Assembly: GCF_964194025.1 (NCBI RefSeq)
Contig: NC_134469.1
Location: 70,556,001-70,620,000, forward strand
Direction of reading: 5' to 3'
Source of the DNA: Convolutriloba macropyga
Lineage: Eukaryota
Length of the DNA stretch: 64,000 bases
Every line of letters begins with the position of its first letter. Within the stretch, counting starts at the first letter, position 1. The notes below the pieces were generated by a model. It worked only from the letters and a program-made list of their open reading frames with translations. It was not told the DNA's origin and did no database searches. The translations under genes and the position numbers were made by a program. Below, one piece after another: positions 1 through 12,900 of the stretch.

Positions 1-2349
1 TTAGTCTGAATCGGTGCGTGTTTTTCAACAATTTTCTCGAAAGTACCGATGAATTGATCAAACTCATCGTTGCCGTTCTCATATTGGTACATTTCCACCG
101 TTCTGCAAGGGCAAGATTTCTCTTAACTCTAGATCAAGAGAAAAATTAAAAATTTTCTTGTCGTTATCACGTTGCCACTCTTAGTTTTCAATGAGAGGTT
201 TTACTCAAAGATAACAAGAAACTGGTATGATTTAAAAGGGGTTGTCGTGACATTGTAGGCAATTATCTGATCTTTCAAAACGAAACACTGATCAAAAAGT
301 TTAAATGTTTTATCAGCACATCTGGTTGCATCCCTTGAGTGAACAATTTCTAATCTCCTGAATTAGACGCAAAAATGTCTCCTTTGTTTTTTTTGTTTTA
401 CTATTATCTGTTATACTATATGCCCCGATAGTTCGGTATCTAATTGATCAAAATAGTGCTCCCCAAATGTTTTTTCGGGTAACAGGAAACGTTAATAGGT
501 ATTTTTTCATTCAGAGGGTTGCTTATTAATTGGAAACAATTCTGCTAGTAACTGGAATACAAAATCAAAGATTCAGATGAGGCCCTGGGTTCAACTCAAT
601 GTCACCTGACGGCATGAGACGTAAAAGTCAATAAAAAACTAACAGCTTTAGGAAGAAAACTAATTGTATGAATCAACTGTTTTTTTAAAAAAACAAACAT
701 TATCGCAAACATATTTTGAGGAAATAATGCTTTTCAAATGTTGGTCTATGAACTTCAGTATGATTTTCTTTTCCCATAAGTATACTGAAGTTTAAAAATA
801 TCAAGAAAAGCCGCATTGTTCTATATATCAACAAACCATCAGCCAAATTTTTAATGAGTTTGAAGTAAAAATGGTTGTTCTAGTTGGAAACCAAAAAAAA
901 TTGTCATCATAATGATTAATTTTTTTTGAAAAATTGTGGCTGAAAAATCTCAGATGTTAGTAACACTGTAAGCCCATGATGTACGTAGAAATTTCATAAA
1001 TTTCTCATATGTTTAGGTATGCCATGACTGACTGATGGGTACACTCCACGAAAGCTGATATCTTTCGTTTCCAGTATCTGCAATAACTGCAATGCTCAAT
1101 AAGAGCAAAATAAAGAACTTTCATTCTTTATTGTAGACTACAAGTGCTATACCATGGAAACAATAATGTGCCATTGAACTTCTAAGCCTCTTAAATGCTC
1201 TTTGTACATTATTAATATTATTTTTTTAAAAATATAAATAATGCATTTATATTATCCTGTGTCTGCTGTTCTGAAACTTTAAAAATTAAACAGTTTTAAA
1301 AGTGTTTAGCATTTTTCCCAAACTTTTTAGACCGAGCAAATGAACAGTCTATCAACCCATTAACTATTCTGTACCTCTCATATAACTTCATGGTACATAC
1401 TTAACCAACAAAATAACACTACAATTTCAGCTTAATCATTGAGTCAAAGATAGCCTTTTCACAGAAATAATTTTTTTTTATCCCTCCAATCTTGCTCACA
1501 TATTATTATTGAGACGGTTTAGCCAAAAAATGCACTTTTATGTTATTTACGCACATTAATAATTATATCTATTTACTGCTCATCAGTACACCAGCAGAGA
1601 TCCCTAAAATGCAGAAAACCACATTTTGGCAGAAAACACAAATTCAACAATAGATAGTTTTTCTAATTCTGGGAGCAACTATTATTAATCATACGTCGGA
1701 AGAACTGAATCCTTTAGGAACACATAAAAAACACTAACCTAAAGTTAAAATGTGTTGACAACTACAACCAACCCTTACATTGAACTAAGCTGACTTAATT
1801 TGTAGTTATTTTTGTTGGGGCTGTTGTTGTTATTGGTGAGGATTTCCAGCGAGCTAGTGGGATAACTTCAAATACAGTGCATAGGGTTAAAGATTTCTGA
1901 AATTATTTGCCGTCGCAGGCTTATATAACCATGTTGGCAAGTTGTCTCCCTTACATTTAGACATGCCCAATTGCCAAAAGAAATCCGTTATTCAATTGTT
2001 AATTCCCAGGGGCTGGAAATTTTTTTTTGTTCTAGTAGATTATTCATAACTCTGTAAGTTCTAAATCAAAAAACCATGAGCTGGTTTTTAATTCTGCGAC
2101 TTTCGCCAGTTCAATTTTACAGACCAATGCCCTTTATTGTGCAAGACATCCTATATCCTTGGAGTTTATGTATGTTTTCGATAGATCTTTGGCAGTTGTA
2201 GAAATTCTGCGGTTTGGCAGTTGAGCGACATTGAAGGCAGGTTGGATGTAACAAAATTAACGGTTATGTGGATTTGTTATTTACTAACGTCCAATTCAGG
2301 ACTCTGTTTTGGAAGGTTTTGAGTTGAGTTTGTTTATAGATTGCTTTGT

Positions 2350-3620
2350 TAGGTAACGTGGTGACGCGTGAACTACATGGGACAGAACTATCGAATAGTA
2401 TGAACGCATTTTCGTTTTATTGCCTATAGAAAAGTGTTTTGTTTTATGAAGTCTAGAGTTTTGAAGTTATGCTCGTTTTTCATTAATGTGCGCTTCCCAA
2501 ATGACATCATGACTTTCATTCTTTTCCCAATTCCGTTTTTCGAAACGTTTAAGATCCAGGTTGATTATGACTTATTTTTATTTCTTGTTGTGAATCTCAA
2601 ACATCAGCTGTAAAAGATGGAGATGTTCATCAATTTTTACAACTGATTACTGAAACAGAATAAACAGTTGTAAAAATTGATGAATATCTCCGGCAGGTTA
2701 ATGACGAAGAATAAAAAGTGTGGGGCTAATTATCGAGCATTGTAGGACACCACATGTTATACCGAATTCAAACAGTTTTCTGCTACCAAGACAGATGTCA
2801 GCTATTCTGTCTGTAAAGTGCCCTGTTAACAATTCGAGGACCCAGCCGTGAATACAATAGCTATTTCCATAACAGTTCACTTTTACTTTTTTTTTCAAGT
2901 TTTTAATACAATCTGTATAGAACAAGAGATTTTCAGAATGCGGGGGTCCTTATCTAAAGCTTCATTCACCAGTTTGAGGTAACTTGAGCAGGTTTGTGAG
3001 TTCCTATCTGTCCTTGATATTTTTGTGTCAAATTTTTGGGGTCATTTTTTAAATAATATCCTACAGTCTAATATTCTTAGATTTGTCGAGTAAGGTGAAA
3101 CTTAATAAAATTAATAATTTAATATTTTGTGGTTTTCTACTAATAATTTAATAATTTGTGGTTGTTATTGCATTCAATTGGTATGTGTGACACTACATCA
3201 TGTATCCATTAATCTTATAAATTTTTTAGACTTTTAATTTTTTTTTACAAATGGTATTCGATGCAAGTCTTAGAATTTTTGCTCTCAATTTGGTCGCATC
3301 AAATTCTTCCCAAAACGCTCTCTGCAATTTATGGAGATAGAAAAGTTTGTTAGAATTAAAATTTTCTTGGAAGAACTTCTTCTCTAGAGGGTTTCGAAGG
3401 TCAGTAGAATGCTTTGAGGAACTTTTTCACGCCACCGAGTTTCTCTTGCAAACTTAGCGAGGTTTTTCATAAAGTTTTATGGTCTCTAATGTTATATTTT
3501 TTGACGTGAAATGTCTGAGGATTTTCTTCATCTGGGACAAGAAAAATTCATTTTCGTAATCCGCTTTGTCCGTCTCTGATTCTTTGATCAAATATTTTTC
3601 CATTTTGAGTAATTATGCTT
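2350..3620 (-). pseudogene. Degenerate non-LTR retrotransposon (CR1/L2-like) RT remnant
   Basis: ORF 2698-2925 contains WVLELLTGHFTDRI...ITCGVLQCSIISPTLFI, a decayed GVPQGSILSPTLF RT motif. Flanking frames are broken by stops. Boundaries are approximate. Confidence 0.5.
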
Positions 3621-3739
3621 GCAATAGAGGGTCAGGCTATTTGAAACTGTAAATTTACCTCTGATTTTCAAATTGTTAGAAAGTTGCTACAGAACAACCT
3701 AGACAAGATCAAGATCAACTATACGCCCGCCAGTTCTTG

Positions 3740-4725
3740 ATGATCTACCTAAAAAATATAACCAAAATGGATAAGGGAAAAATACAAAACGTTAGTGCAC
3801 TTTAAAATGTTTTTGGCAACGCTTTTGACAACGTAGATCACATTAAATTCCTCCTAACGAAACTTGGTTGCTTCGCAATTGGCGAAAACTGAATTCATTT
3901 GCGGGCAAGTGTCTCAGTGGAAAAATTCGAATTGGGGAAGTCAAGAAGTCGTAGCCGTTAACGGTCACAGGTGGTGTCCCACAGGGATTCATCCTGGTAA
4001 CCCTCTTTTCTTAGTTTACTTGAACTAACTGCCTGCGTTTACGTGGAAAACAGTCATACGGCTGCGCAGACGGTTTTAAAATAATTATCATTGACAGCAG
4101 AGAATCAGATTCGCTACCCAACAAAATCAGCAAGTGGATTCTGGGTGGCCTCTTACCACTTTATAAGGACAAAAGCAAGTACCTATGCATCAAATATGAA
4201 ATTCAAGGGCACATGTAACATTCACTCAAAAAAATGACATGGCGAAACGACGTCAGATTAACAATCTCAAAACTGTCCTGACTCTAGCATCGAAGGCCTG
4301 GTACCCAGGAAAAGTGAAAAACGTAGGCACTAGAACAGGTACAAAAAAAACAACTCGGTTGCCATGCAACAGTAGGAAACAGTATGAAGAACGCTTGTTA
4401 GAAAAGAAGCTGCTTCCCATCAACATGTACATGGAACTGCATGATGTTCTTTTTCTTTATGGCGGTAAAACAAGACGTTTATTATGCCATCATAGAAGTA
4501 CTACCTAAAACAAGTCAAAATGGATTTCGTCAAAACAGGGAATTTGAAGTCTCGAAACATCGACTCAAGATATCAGACGAACTATTTTGGTATCGAACAG
4601 CTAAGCTTATCAATATCATGCTGCGACACACCACAATTGGACTGAACAAACAGAAACTCAAAGACATGTACAGCCAGTTCTTCAACAGAAGCCACCAAAT
4701 GTTTGCAAGTGTTTGTAGGATTTTA
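3740..4725 (+). pseudogene. Degenerate CR1/L2-like LINE, RT and C-terminal region (runs into gap)
   Basis: AFDNVDH (~3821-3843) and GGVPQG (~3968-3988), then C-terminal LASKAWYP...YEERLLEKKLLPINMYMELHD and FWYRTAKLIN. Frameshifted. Confidence 0.6.
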
Positions 4726-5711
4726 NNNNNNNNNNNNNNNNNNNNNNNNNNNNNNNNNNNNNNNNNNNNNNNNNNNNNNNNNNNNNNNNNNNNNNNNNNN
4801 NNNNNNNNNNNNNNNNNNNNNNNNNNNNNNNNNNNNNNNNNNNNNNNNNNNNNNNNNNNNNNNNNNNNNNNNNNNNNNNNNNNNNNNNNNNNNNNNNNNN
4901 NNNNNNNNNNNNNNNNNNNNNNNNNNNNNNNNNNNNNNNNNNNNNNNNNNNNNNNNNNNNNNNNNNNNNNNNNNNNNNNAATGAAAATAAAATTCTACTA
5001 TCTCAGGCCACTTGAAAAAATTTTTTTCGTCAAAAATCCGTTTTACAATTGGTAGTAAACTCGGTAGTAGTAACTTTCAAATGGCTTTTGAAATTAATTT
5101 TTGTCAAGTGGCATTGAGATATTTTTTCTGCAAAAATTAGTCAAATTTTTGCAACTTTTTGACATTCTCTCCAAAAGAAACATTTTTGTATTTTTATCTT
5201 CTCTGAGGCCATTCATTATATTTTTGAGTTAAAAATGGTTTCTATTCTACGAATAGTTTTGCATATTTTCTGCTTCCAGTGTTAAATCAACCACAATTAG
5301 ACGGAGGGTTAGAGCTGTAGATTAAAAGGAATGTCATTATTTGTCATTCTAGATGAGTATATGGATGTGTTTAAGAATCAGATACACATTTTTTAGTCAA
5401 AAGTGCTAACTATTCAAGTAACGGATTTGTTGCATAACTGCTGCCTCTAGTGTTTAAAAAATTATAGTGACAAACGATTACGGCTTATTGCTCAAAGGCC
5501 TTGACGACCTAGATTTAAATTGTTTAGAAAAAACAAAATTCACAATAAGCAATTTGTTGCATATTTGCTGCATTCGCGCCACAAAATCTGTTTCTAAACC
5601 AGATCTTTCATTCGGGCCGCAAACTCTGTATCTAAATAAGATCAGTCATTTCGAGATTTGACGAAAAGTTACTCGAGTTCTCCGATTAAAACAGTAAATG
5701 CAATAGGATCA

Positions 5712-5783
5712 GGCGAGAGTCGGGGATTGAACACGCGACCTCTTGCGCCCCTACCGAGAGTCATACCACTAGACCACTGTCGC
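5712..5783 (-). pseudogene. tRNA-Pro-like pseudogene or tRNA-derived SINE head
   Basis: Minus strand reads GCGACAG-TGGTCTAGTGGTATGACTCTCGGTAGGGGCGCAAGAGGTCGCGTGTTCAATCCCCGA-CTCTCGC. A and B boxes are present, the acceptor stem pairs 6 of 7, and the anticodon arm is damaged. Confidence 0.6.
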
Positions 5784-6569
5784 GGTTAACATGGCATGTG
5801 GTTATTGTTATTATAAGAAGACGTATTGTTATTAAGTTTGCTCTTAGACACATTAATAAAGCTTGAAACGACAATGGTGCAGTATTTTATTTATTTACAA
5901 GTTTGAATTAGGATTCAATTTGGCGTGTTGGTGCGGAAAGTGTTGTTCCCACCGCTGTGCTTCTCCAAAGAGGACGGGTAGCTGTGGAATGACGACCCCT
6001 CGAGTACATTCGGGTCAAGAAACCAATCAAGCAGCAGTTGGAGCTTGTCATTCTCTCTATCGTCGGATATGTCCCACAGAACAAATCACAGGAGTTCTAG
6101 AAGGAGATACTTGCGATAGTGGACTCTCTGACAGAGTTAAAAACAACAATATTGAACACGTTAATTTAAGTGTATTGTGCATTTTACAGCCGTTTCTTAA
6201 TCAGAACTGTCGCAGCGATTAAGCAGAGGTGATCTTTTTCATTTATAACCCTCCCGAACGTTATGCAGCCAATATTTACGGACCATGTACCATTAGATTC
6301 TAAAACACTATGTAATTATATGGCGAGTGCGTCTCTGTGGTGCAAATAATATGCCCCAACGGGGGGAGGGGGCACAAACGAAAAAGAAACAAAAACATTC
6401 ACTTTTTCAACTATCCAAGTTAGATGCGGATTTTGTCTCTAAGACCAATAATTGGACCATTCGGTCTAATCGCACTTCTTGATACAACCGCCATTTCTGG
6501 CGTATTCAATTTATTGGAATGACTTAAATGATTTTGTAATTACGTTAAATCCAACTTTACAATAAAAAA

Positions 6570-7190
6570 TTTATGCAGATTTCAAAATGCTTTTTTGATA
6601 GTGTGACTTATGAAATTCACAAAAATTTTCCGCCAGATTTTAAAAACAAACACATAGTAGTATCATGACAAATTTCAATAAAATAAATTAATTTTTAGCG
6701 AAGGGAGCTGAGAAACATTTTTTATATCTAATCAAATGATAGAAAATAAAAATATTTAAAATGATAGAAATTTATAATGTTTTAATGCAAAGTTTAAAAG
6801 TTTTTTTTGATGGTCTCACTTCTGAATTTCACAATTCTTTTTGCGCCAGATTTTAGAGGAAAGCACGTAATAATATTATGACTAGTCTCAACGAAATAGA
6901 ATAATTTTTAGAGAAGGGAGCTGAGAAACCCTTTTTTATATCTTTTAAAATGATAGAAATTAAAAATACTTAAAATGATAGAAATTTATAATAATTTAAT
7001 GCACAAGTTAAAAGTTTTTTGATGGTCTCACTTCTGAAATTCACAATTTTTTTTCCGCCAGATTTCAGAGAAAAGCACGTAATGATATCATGGCTAGTCT
7101 CAACGAAATAGAATAATTTTTAGAGAAGGGAGCTGAGAAACTTTTTTATACATTTAGATTTAAAATCATAGAAATAAGATATTAGATTAA
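6570..7190. repeat. ~212-bp tandem repeat, about 3 diverged copies
   Basis: GAAGGGAGCTGAGAAAC recurs at ~6700, ~6913 and ~7125. CGCCAGATTT and GATGGTCTCACTTCTGAA recur with the same spacing. Confidence 0.85.
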
Positions 7191-8185
7191 CATATTAGAA
7201 GAAATAATATCTTTTTAGAAGTTATATTCTAACAAAAGGGTCTTACCAAGCAGTATTAGAAACAAGAAAAGGACTCCCGAGCTGGCATTTTGAAAATTAA
7301 CTGAATTCAAGAGACAAATTGTAAATCTTCGGCAGGAATGTCACACCGGCTGGTTCGTTGGTATCCGTTGAGGTAGTTTGCTCAAAGGTATTGTCCCATT
7401 TATGACAAGTGTAGCATACACGAACGAATATTTATCACTGAGTGTATTAGTAAGTCCCCTAATGCTTCTATATGGTATTTCCTCTAATGTTTGAATATGA
7501 GTTTAGAAGTCAGCAGCGAATTCTGTTTGAACATTCTAGCACATGCTCATTTAGTGCGTTGTGCATGGTTAGTCACTGCAAAGAAACAAAGAATGTGTTC
7601 ACTTTTCATTCAAACAAGAAAGACTCTAATCGGATTAAATTAAGACTCAATTGCATAGTTATTGCCGTATATGGTAGATTTCATTTCAATTACAGTAGAA
7701 CACATTCAGCGAAACCTTACGTTATCTGATTCATTGAAATTGAATTGAATCAAACTTTAAACATTGAATCAACTGCAAAACATCTAATTCATGATGTTCA
7801 AGTAGTCAAAACAACAAAACAATTCGATAGCAAAGTTATTTGGCGTTTCTTTAGTTCACTTCATTCATATTTGCATAAACATGAACCGCGCTCAATCAGC
7901 GTTATGCAATACAGCAACATTCTTTTTGCCGAGTGGTATTTTGTACGTAACAATGGTAGTTTGAAAATTTTCAGTTAAAATAATAATAATTTCCATGTTA
8001 TTCAGTAATTCTCAAAACTCTCAATTTTTTTCACTTCCCACAATGTCACGTTATCTTAATGGAAACAAGTATTTGGATCTATTCTGTTTTGACCAACCCC
8101 CCCTCCCCAAGCCTTGTTGGTTTATATCTCTAACACCCCCGGGCGAACGTTTGGCATATATCTACCTCAGAAAATTGGCAGTCAA

Positions 8186-8256
8186 ATATCGGTGGTTCAG
8201 ATGTAGAATTGTCGCCTGCCACGCGATCGATCCGCGTTCGATTGCTATAGGGGATC
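8186..8256 (+). pseudogene. tRNA-Gly(GCC) pseudogene
   Basis: ATCGGTGGTTCAGATGTAGAATTGTCGCCTGCCACGCGATCGATCCGCGTTCGATT closely follows metazoan tRNA-Gly-GCC. The 3' acceptor strand is lost. Confidence 0.65.
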
Positions 8257-8769
8257 TTTTGGCCCCCACATTAGTATGTCAACAAGCCTCTTTCTAAAAT
8301 TTTACATGTGCTTTTAAAATAATTGGAGATATAACTTGTTGGACACCTAACTAGTTACACAACCGGCTTTCTTCTTCTCTAATTTATTTTATATAGTATT
8401 TATAAATTAGAAGTCAGTCAATAATTATAAATCAATGGCAACCAAAATTTGAATATGCGACAGAAATAATGGCAATGTTTGCTTAGTAACCAGTCGATTT
8501 ATTTCCCCAAAACCCACACCTCCTTCGCTGAGCGTTGGAAAACAAGAGCTTTGTACAAAATTTATACGCAGTTGAATTGAGTTGAATAGTCGAACTTGAG
8601 GATAAAAAGAGCTCTACCTGTCGTTTTTTTAACTCCCCCCTTAGAGTTTTACGCTCCCCGTTACTAATTATATGTTGTTATAACCACGATACTATGTAAC
8701 GATTAACAGGTTACTAAGCTCACTAAGCAACTTTCTATAATCAAATAGATTAGATCCTGATATGCCGAA

Positions 8770-8842
8770 CTTCGGGTAGCTCAGTCGGTAGAGCATGGGA
8801 CTTTTAAACACACGGTTGCGGGTTCGAGCCTCATGTTGGGCG
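8770..8842 (+). pseudogene. tRNA-Lys-like pseudogene (TTT anticodon)
   Basis: TAGCTCAGTCGGTAGAGCATGGGACTTTTAA...GGGTTCGAGCCTCATGTTGGGCG matches the tRNA-Lys body. Acceptor and anticodon stems are mispaired. Confidence 0.7.
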
Positions 8843-8973
8843 TACATTTTGCTCATTACATAGTTTTATATGTTAAGCGAAGAAAATTTTACACATTTTA
8901 GGTTCATACTTCAAAGTTCATAAGACAAGATGTATCAAGTTAGAAAAAATTGATGCATCTGGTATATTCTCTG

Positions 8974-8976
<3 letters not shown>

Positions 8977-9022
<46 letters not shown>
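8977..9022. repeat. (TA)n microsatellite
   Basis: Directly visible. Confidence 0.95.
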
Positions 9023-9027
<5 letters not shown>

Positions 9028-9481
9028 ACTTATTATAACAACAATTTATTATATATAACAACTAATTGATTATGGTTGTTAATCTTTTAATCCTAGCATA
9101 ATGAATCTTTTAATCTTACATAAAGAATTTGTAATATTTGATTCTTGATTCCCTGATATTAGTCCTTTTGCATCGTTAAATTTAACATTTGACAAATCTG
9201 ATAGAAAAATTGACGTCAACCTTGCTGATAGTCAGTACTGTGCAATAACGACAAGCCATTTCTCAGAATTTGTTTTTGAGCCCCGAAACGAAGTTAAGCG
9301 GATACATTTCTACGGCCAAAACTTTACATAGGAGTACCTTATTCAAACTGATTGGCATATATCTACCTCAGAAAACGAAAATTGCTCTATTGGACTAAAC
9401 ATTTGAGAAAATTGTCAATTTTGAAAAATCAAAAAAATTATTACTACCGAAAAAATTTGATGCCATTTAAAAATCAGAAAT

Positions 9482-9674
9482 TGTAAAATGGAGATTTCAC
9501 CAAAATTTTTTTTCTTTGAGGCCAAAATAATCATATTACTACTTTTCCAAAAAAGTTCGGGAACCAGATTTTTTTTTGCTCAATGGGCCCAAAAAGTTCC
9601 CATTTTTCCTTTCCGGGTGAAGAAATTTTATTTTGGCCTCTAGAAAAAATTTTATGGCGATGTCCATTTTAAAA
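9482..9674. repeat. Imperfect inverted repeat (MITE/foldback-like); related sequence at ~4985-5095
   Basis: TAAAATGGAGATTTCACCAAAATTTTTTTTCTTTGAGGCCAAAATAA pairs imperfectly with TTATTTTGGCCTCTAGAAAAAATTTTATGGCGATGTCCATTTTAAAA. Confidence 0.55.
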
Positions 9675-9751
9675 GCCATTTTACATGTAAGTAATTTCCC
9701 AAATGGCCTGAGATTAATTTTTTTCTTACTGCAAAATTGCCTTGCGCTCAA

Positions 9752-9806
<55 letters not shown>
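9752..9806. repeat. (TAC)18 microsatellite, the 3' tail of the RTE element
   Basis: Directly visible ~100 bp beyond the RTE stop codon. RTE elements typically end in short tandem repeats. Confidence 0.9.
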
Positions 9807-9907
9807 GTTTCAACACTTTAATTCCAAATATGAAATAAAGGCACGGTTGGCAACAAATACAAATACAAATACAAATACAAACAAAACAAGAAGAGTTATT
9901 TGTTTGG

Positions 9908-12900
9908 TTATTCTGTGAAGTGCTGTACGACGAAATTGTTGAAGGCATTCTTTGACCCGGTTGCTGCTTTCTCCTGCAATCTGGTGAACGATACTTTGTT
10001 TCGTACACAGTCTCCTTCGATTTGACTCATCCACGTTTTCCGTTGCCCCCCAGGAGCGCGTCTGGCATGGGCGTATTGATCGGGCGGGTCCCAATCGAAG
10101 GCACTGCGGGCTAATCTTCCTGGTTCCATTCTCTGGATGTGACCGTACCATTTTATCCGTTTGAGCATGATCATCGTGGATAGTTGGGGCATTCGCGATC
10201 TTGACATAATTTCATCGTTCGTTGCTTTCTCCAGATATGACACACGTAGAATTCTCCGAAGACAACCACAGTGGAAACTCTCAAGTTTTCTCTCCATTAA
10301 TTTCGAAAGAGTCCAAGTCTCTGAGCTGTACAGCACGGCTGATAAAACGAGTGCTTTGTACAAATTGCACTTGAGGTGCACGCTGAGCTGCTTGCTCTTC
10401 CAGAGATTTTGGAAGTTAGCAAACCGTTGTCTACCTTCTGCAAGTTTGCAATTGACTTCCTGGAGGTCTCCATGCTTGAGGCTGACATATGATCCGAGAT
10501 ACTTGAACGCTTCTATGTTTTCAAACTCGTTTCCGATAACATCTTGTACTTTGCAGGAAAACACGCGTGTGGCAGCTGCTTTAGGTTTGCCACAGTATCT
10601 CGATTGGTGAACTTTTCGGCCATTGACTGTTTTGAACTTCCTTTCACACTTGTCACAGGTGAGGCTCGCCTCTAGTTGCTCGAACTTTGACTTGTCGACG
10701 ACATTCTTTGACGAACCGGCTTTGCAGAATCTTGTTTGGTGCACTTTGCGTCCGGTAACTGTACTGAATTGCCGCTGACAGTTCTGACATCTTAAAGACT
10801 CTTGATCAGCCACCGCTGACCCACTCTCATTTTCTAGCGACTCTAAATCCGCTACTGCAGATTGTTGTTGTGAAGCTACCAACGCTGGCTTAGCCTCCGC
10901 TAAGCTTTTCAATCTGAGCTTCCGGCCATCTTGTGTTTCGAACCAGCCCGCTTTCTTTTTCGTTCCCAGCAGCACCTCCGTGCCGATGGTTAGTCGTGAC
11001 TGGCTAGATGTCTCTGCCAGGAGTCCTAGTTTGCCTTTATGTGTTCCAGTGAGTATCTCCACGTTCTGTTGGATACTAGGCACTGCAACAACATTTGGGT
11101 TGTCGCATTTTACGCCCATATTCTTTGTTTTGGCCACATTAATCTTCAGACCAGCGGCTTCCGCTAGGGCCTCGATTCGATGTAGGTTTTCTTGCACCTC
11201 ACTGTCTGAGACCCCCACGAGAGCAACATCATCAGCAAAATCTAAGTCAGCCACCAATCTCCCAAGTTCTAATCCTCCATGCACCAAGTTAGCTAAAATG
11301 TAGTTGATGACAAGGCCGAATAGGATTGGGGACCACACATCACCCTGCCTAACGCCTGTTCTGACATCAAATAAGCGTCCCTTCTCACCTTCGGCTTTGA
11401 CTCGACATTTGAATCCATCATAGCTGTTTCTTATGATGTTTATCACTTTTTGCGGCAGACCATAGTGTTTCATTATCTGGTACATCTGCTCACGATCGAC
11501 AGAATCGAATGCCGCTCGAAAGTCTATGAAACAAAAGCTAATATCCAATTGAAACGCCATTGATTTCTCTATTATTTGACGCAGGGCAAAGAGTTGATCG
11601 GCGCATCCTCTGCTTTTTCTGAAGCCACACTGCTCTTCCCTTAAGACGCGATCCACTGAATCTTTGCATCGATTGAGAGTAACGGAAGCGAACACTTTGC
11701 CTGGTACTGACAATAGAGAGATCCCTCGGTGGTTCGAACACTCTGACCTCTTTCCTTTACTCTTGTATAATGGGACAATTTCTGCTACCTTCCAGTCATC
11801 GGGCAGAACTTCCGTCGACCAACATTTATCTATGATGTCCCAGAGCCACTCGACAATACCCTTGTGTGCTTTCATCATCTCACAGGAAATGTTATCGGGT
11901 CCACTTGCCTTGCCATTCTTCAACCTGCGGACAGCTTCAAGCACTTCTTCAAATCGAATTGGGCTCAGGTCAATCGGCAAGCTTTCAGCTGCTTCTTCGG
12001 GATCCAATCTCGTACTGCAACTGAATGTTGAGGGATTCAGGAGTTGACTAAAATGTTCCGTCCAGCGTTCAAGTCGTTCCTCTTTCGTCCGTAAGTTGAC
12101 GCCAGTGCTTGAAACTAATTTGGTCAACTGGGGCCTCCAGTTTCGGCAAATCTGCTGTGATGCCCCAAAAACCTCCTTTAAGTTGCCTCTGTCCGCGAAG
12201 CTCTGCACTTCTTGGCCTTTGCGTTCAAGCCATGCCCGTTTGTCTGCACGTAGAGCTTTTCTGACTTCCTTACAGCAGTTTGTGAACTCTAACAGCACCT
12301 CCGCGCTGCTGTGTTTCTTTAACTGTAGATCGGCTCGTTTCCGGATAAGTTCCAGAGAATCTGGAGAAATCCAAGGTTTGTTCACTCGCTTGTCCGGAAG
12401 GAGGCATTTCACTGCTGCTTGGTTCAGGGCTTTTCGAAAATTGTCCCAAGACTGCTCTGTATTCTCGAAATCGCCGCTCTTATCAAGATGTAACTTGACC
12501 TCCTGCGTGAATAAGTCACGCGTTGTTTCATCTTGCAGCTTTGCAGAACTGATTCTGGGCGTGAAGCATGACTTTTTAGACAAAAGTTTCATAGATACTT
12601 CCGCAATGACCAGTTCGTGATCGGTAATTGTGGTTTTCCCTCTTCTGGACCTCACATTCGTCAGACATCCTCTGTATCTCTCTGCAAACAGAATGTGATC
12701 CAGCATCTTTTTTCGACAACTCGGATCGGGAGGGTTGAAGGTGTACCGATGCACTTGTCGATGCTGGAACCATGTACCACCTACGAGCAATTTGTGTGAA
12801 GTGCAAAATGATAACAACTTTTCAGAGTTTTCATTTTCTTCACCCATTCCAAACGGGCCTCTGCAGCTCATGGTGTCATTCAACTGGTGTCCAGGCTCTG

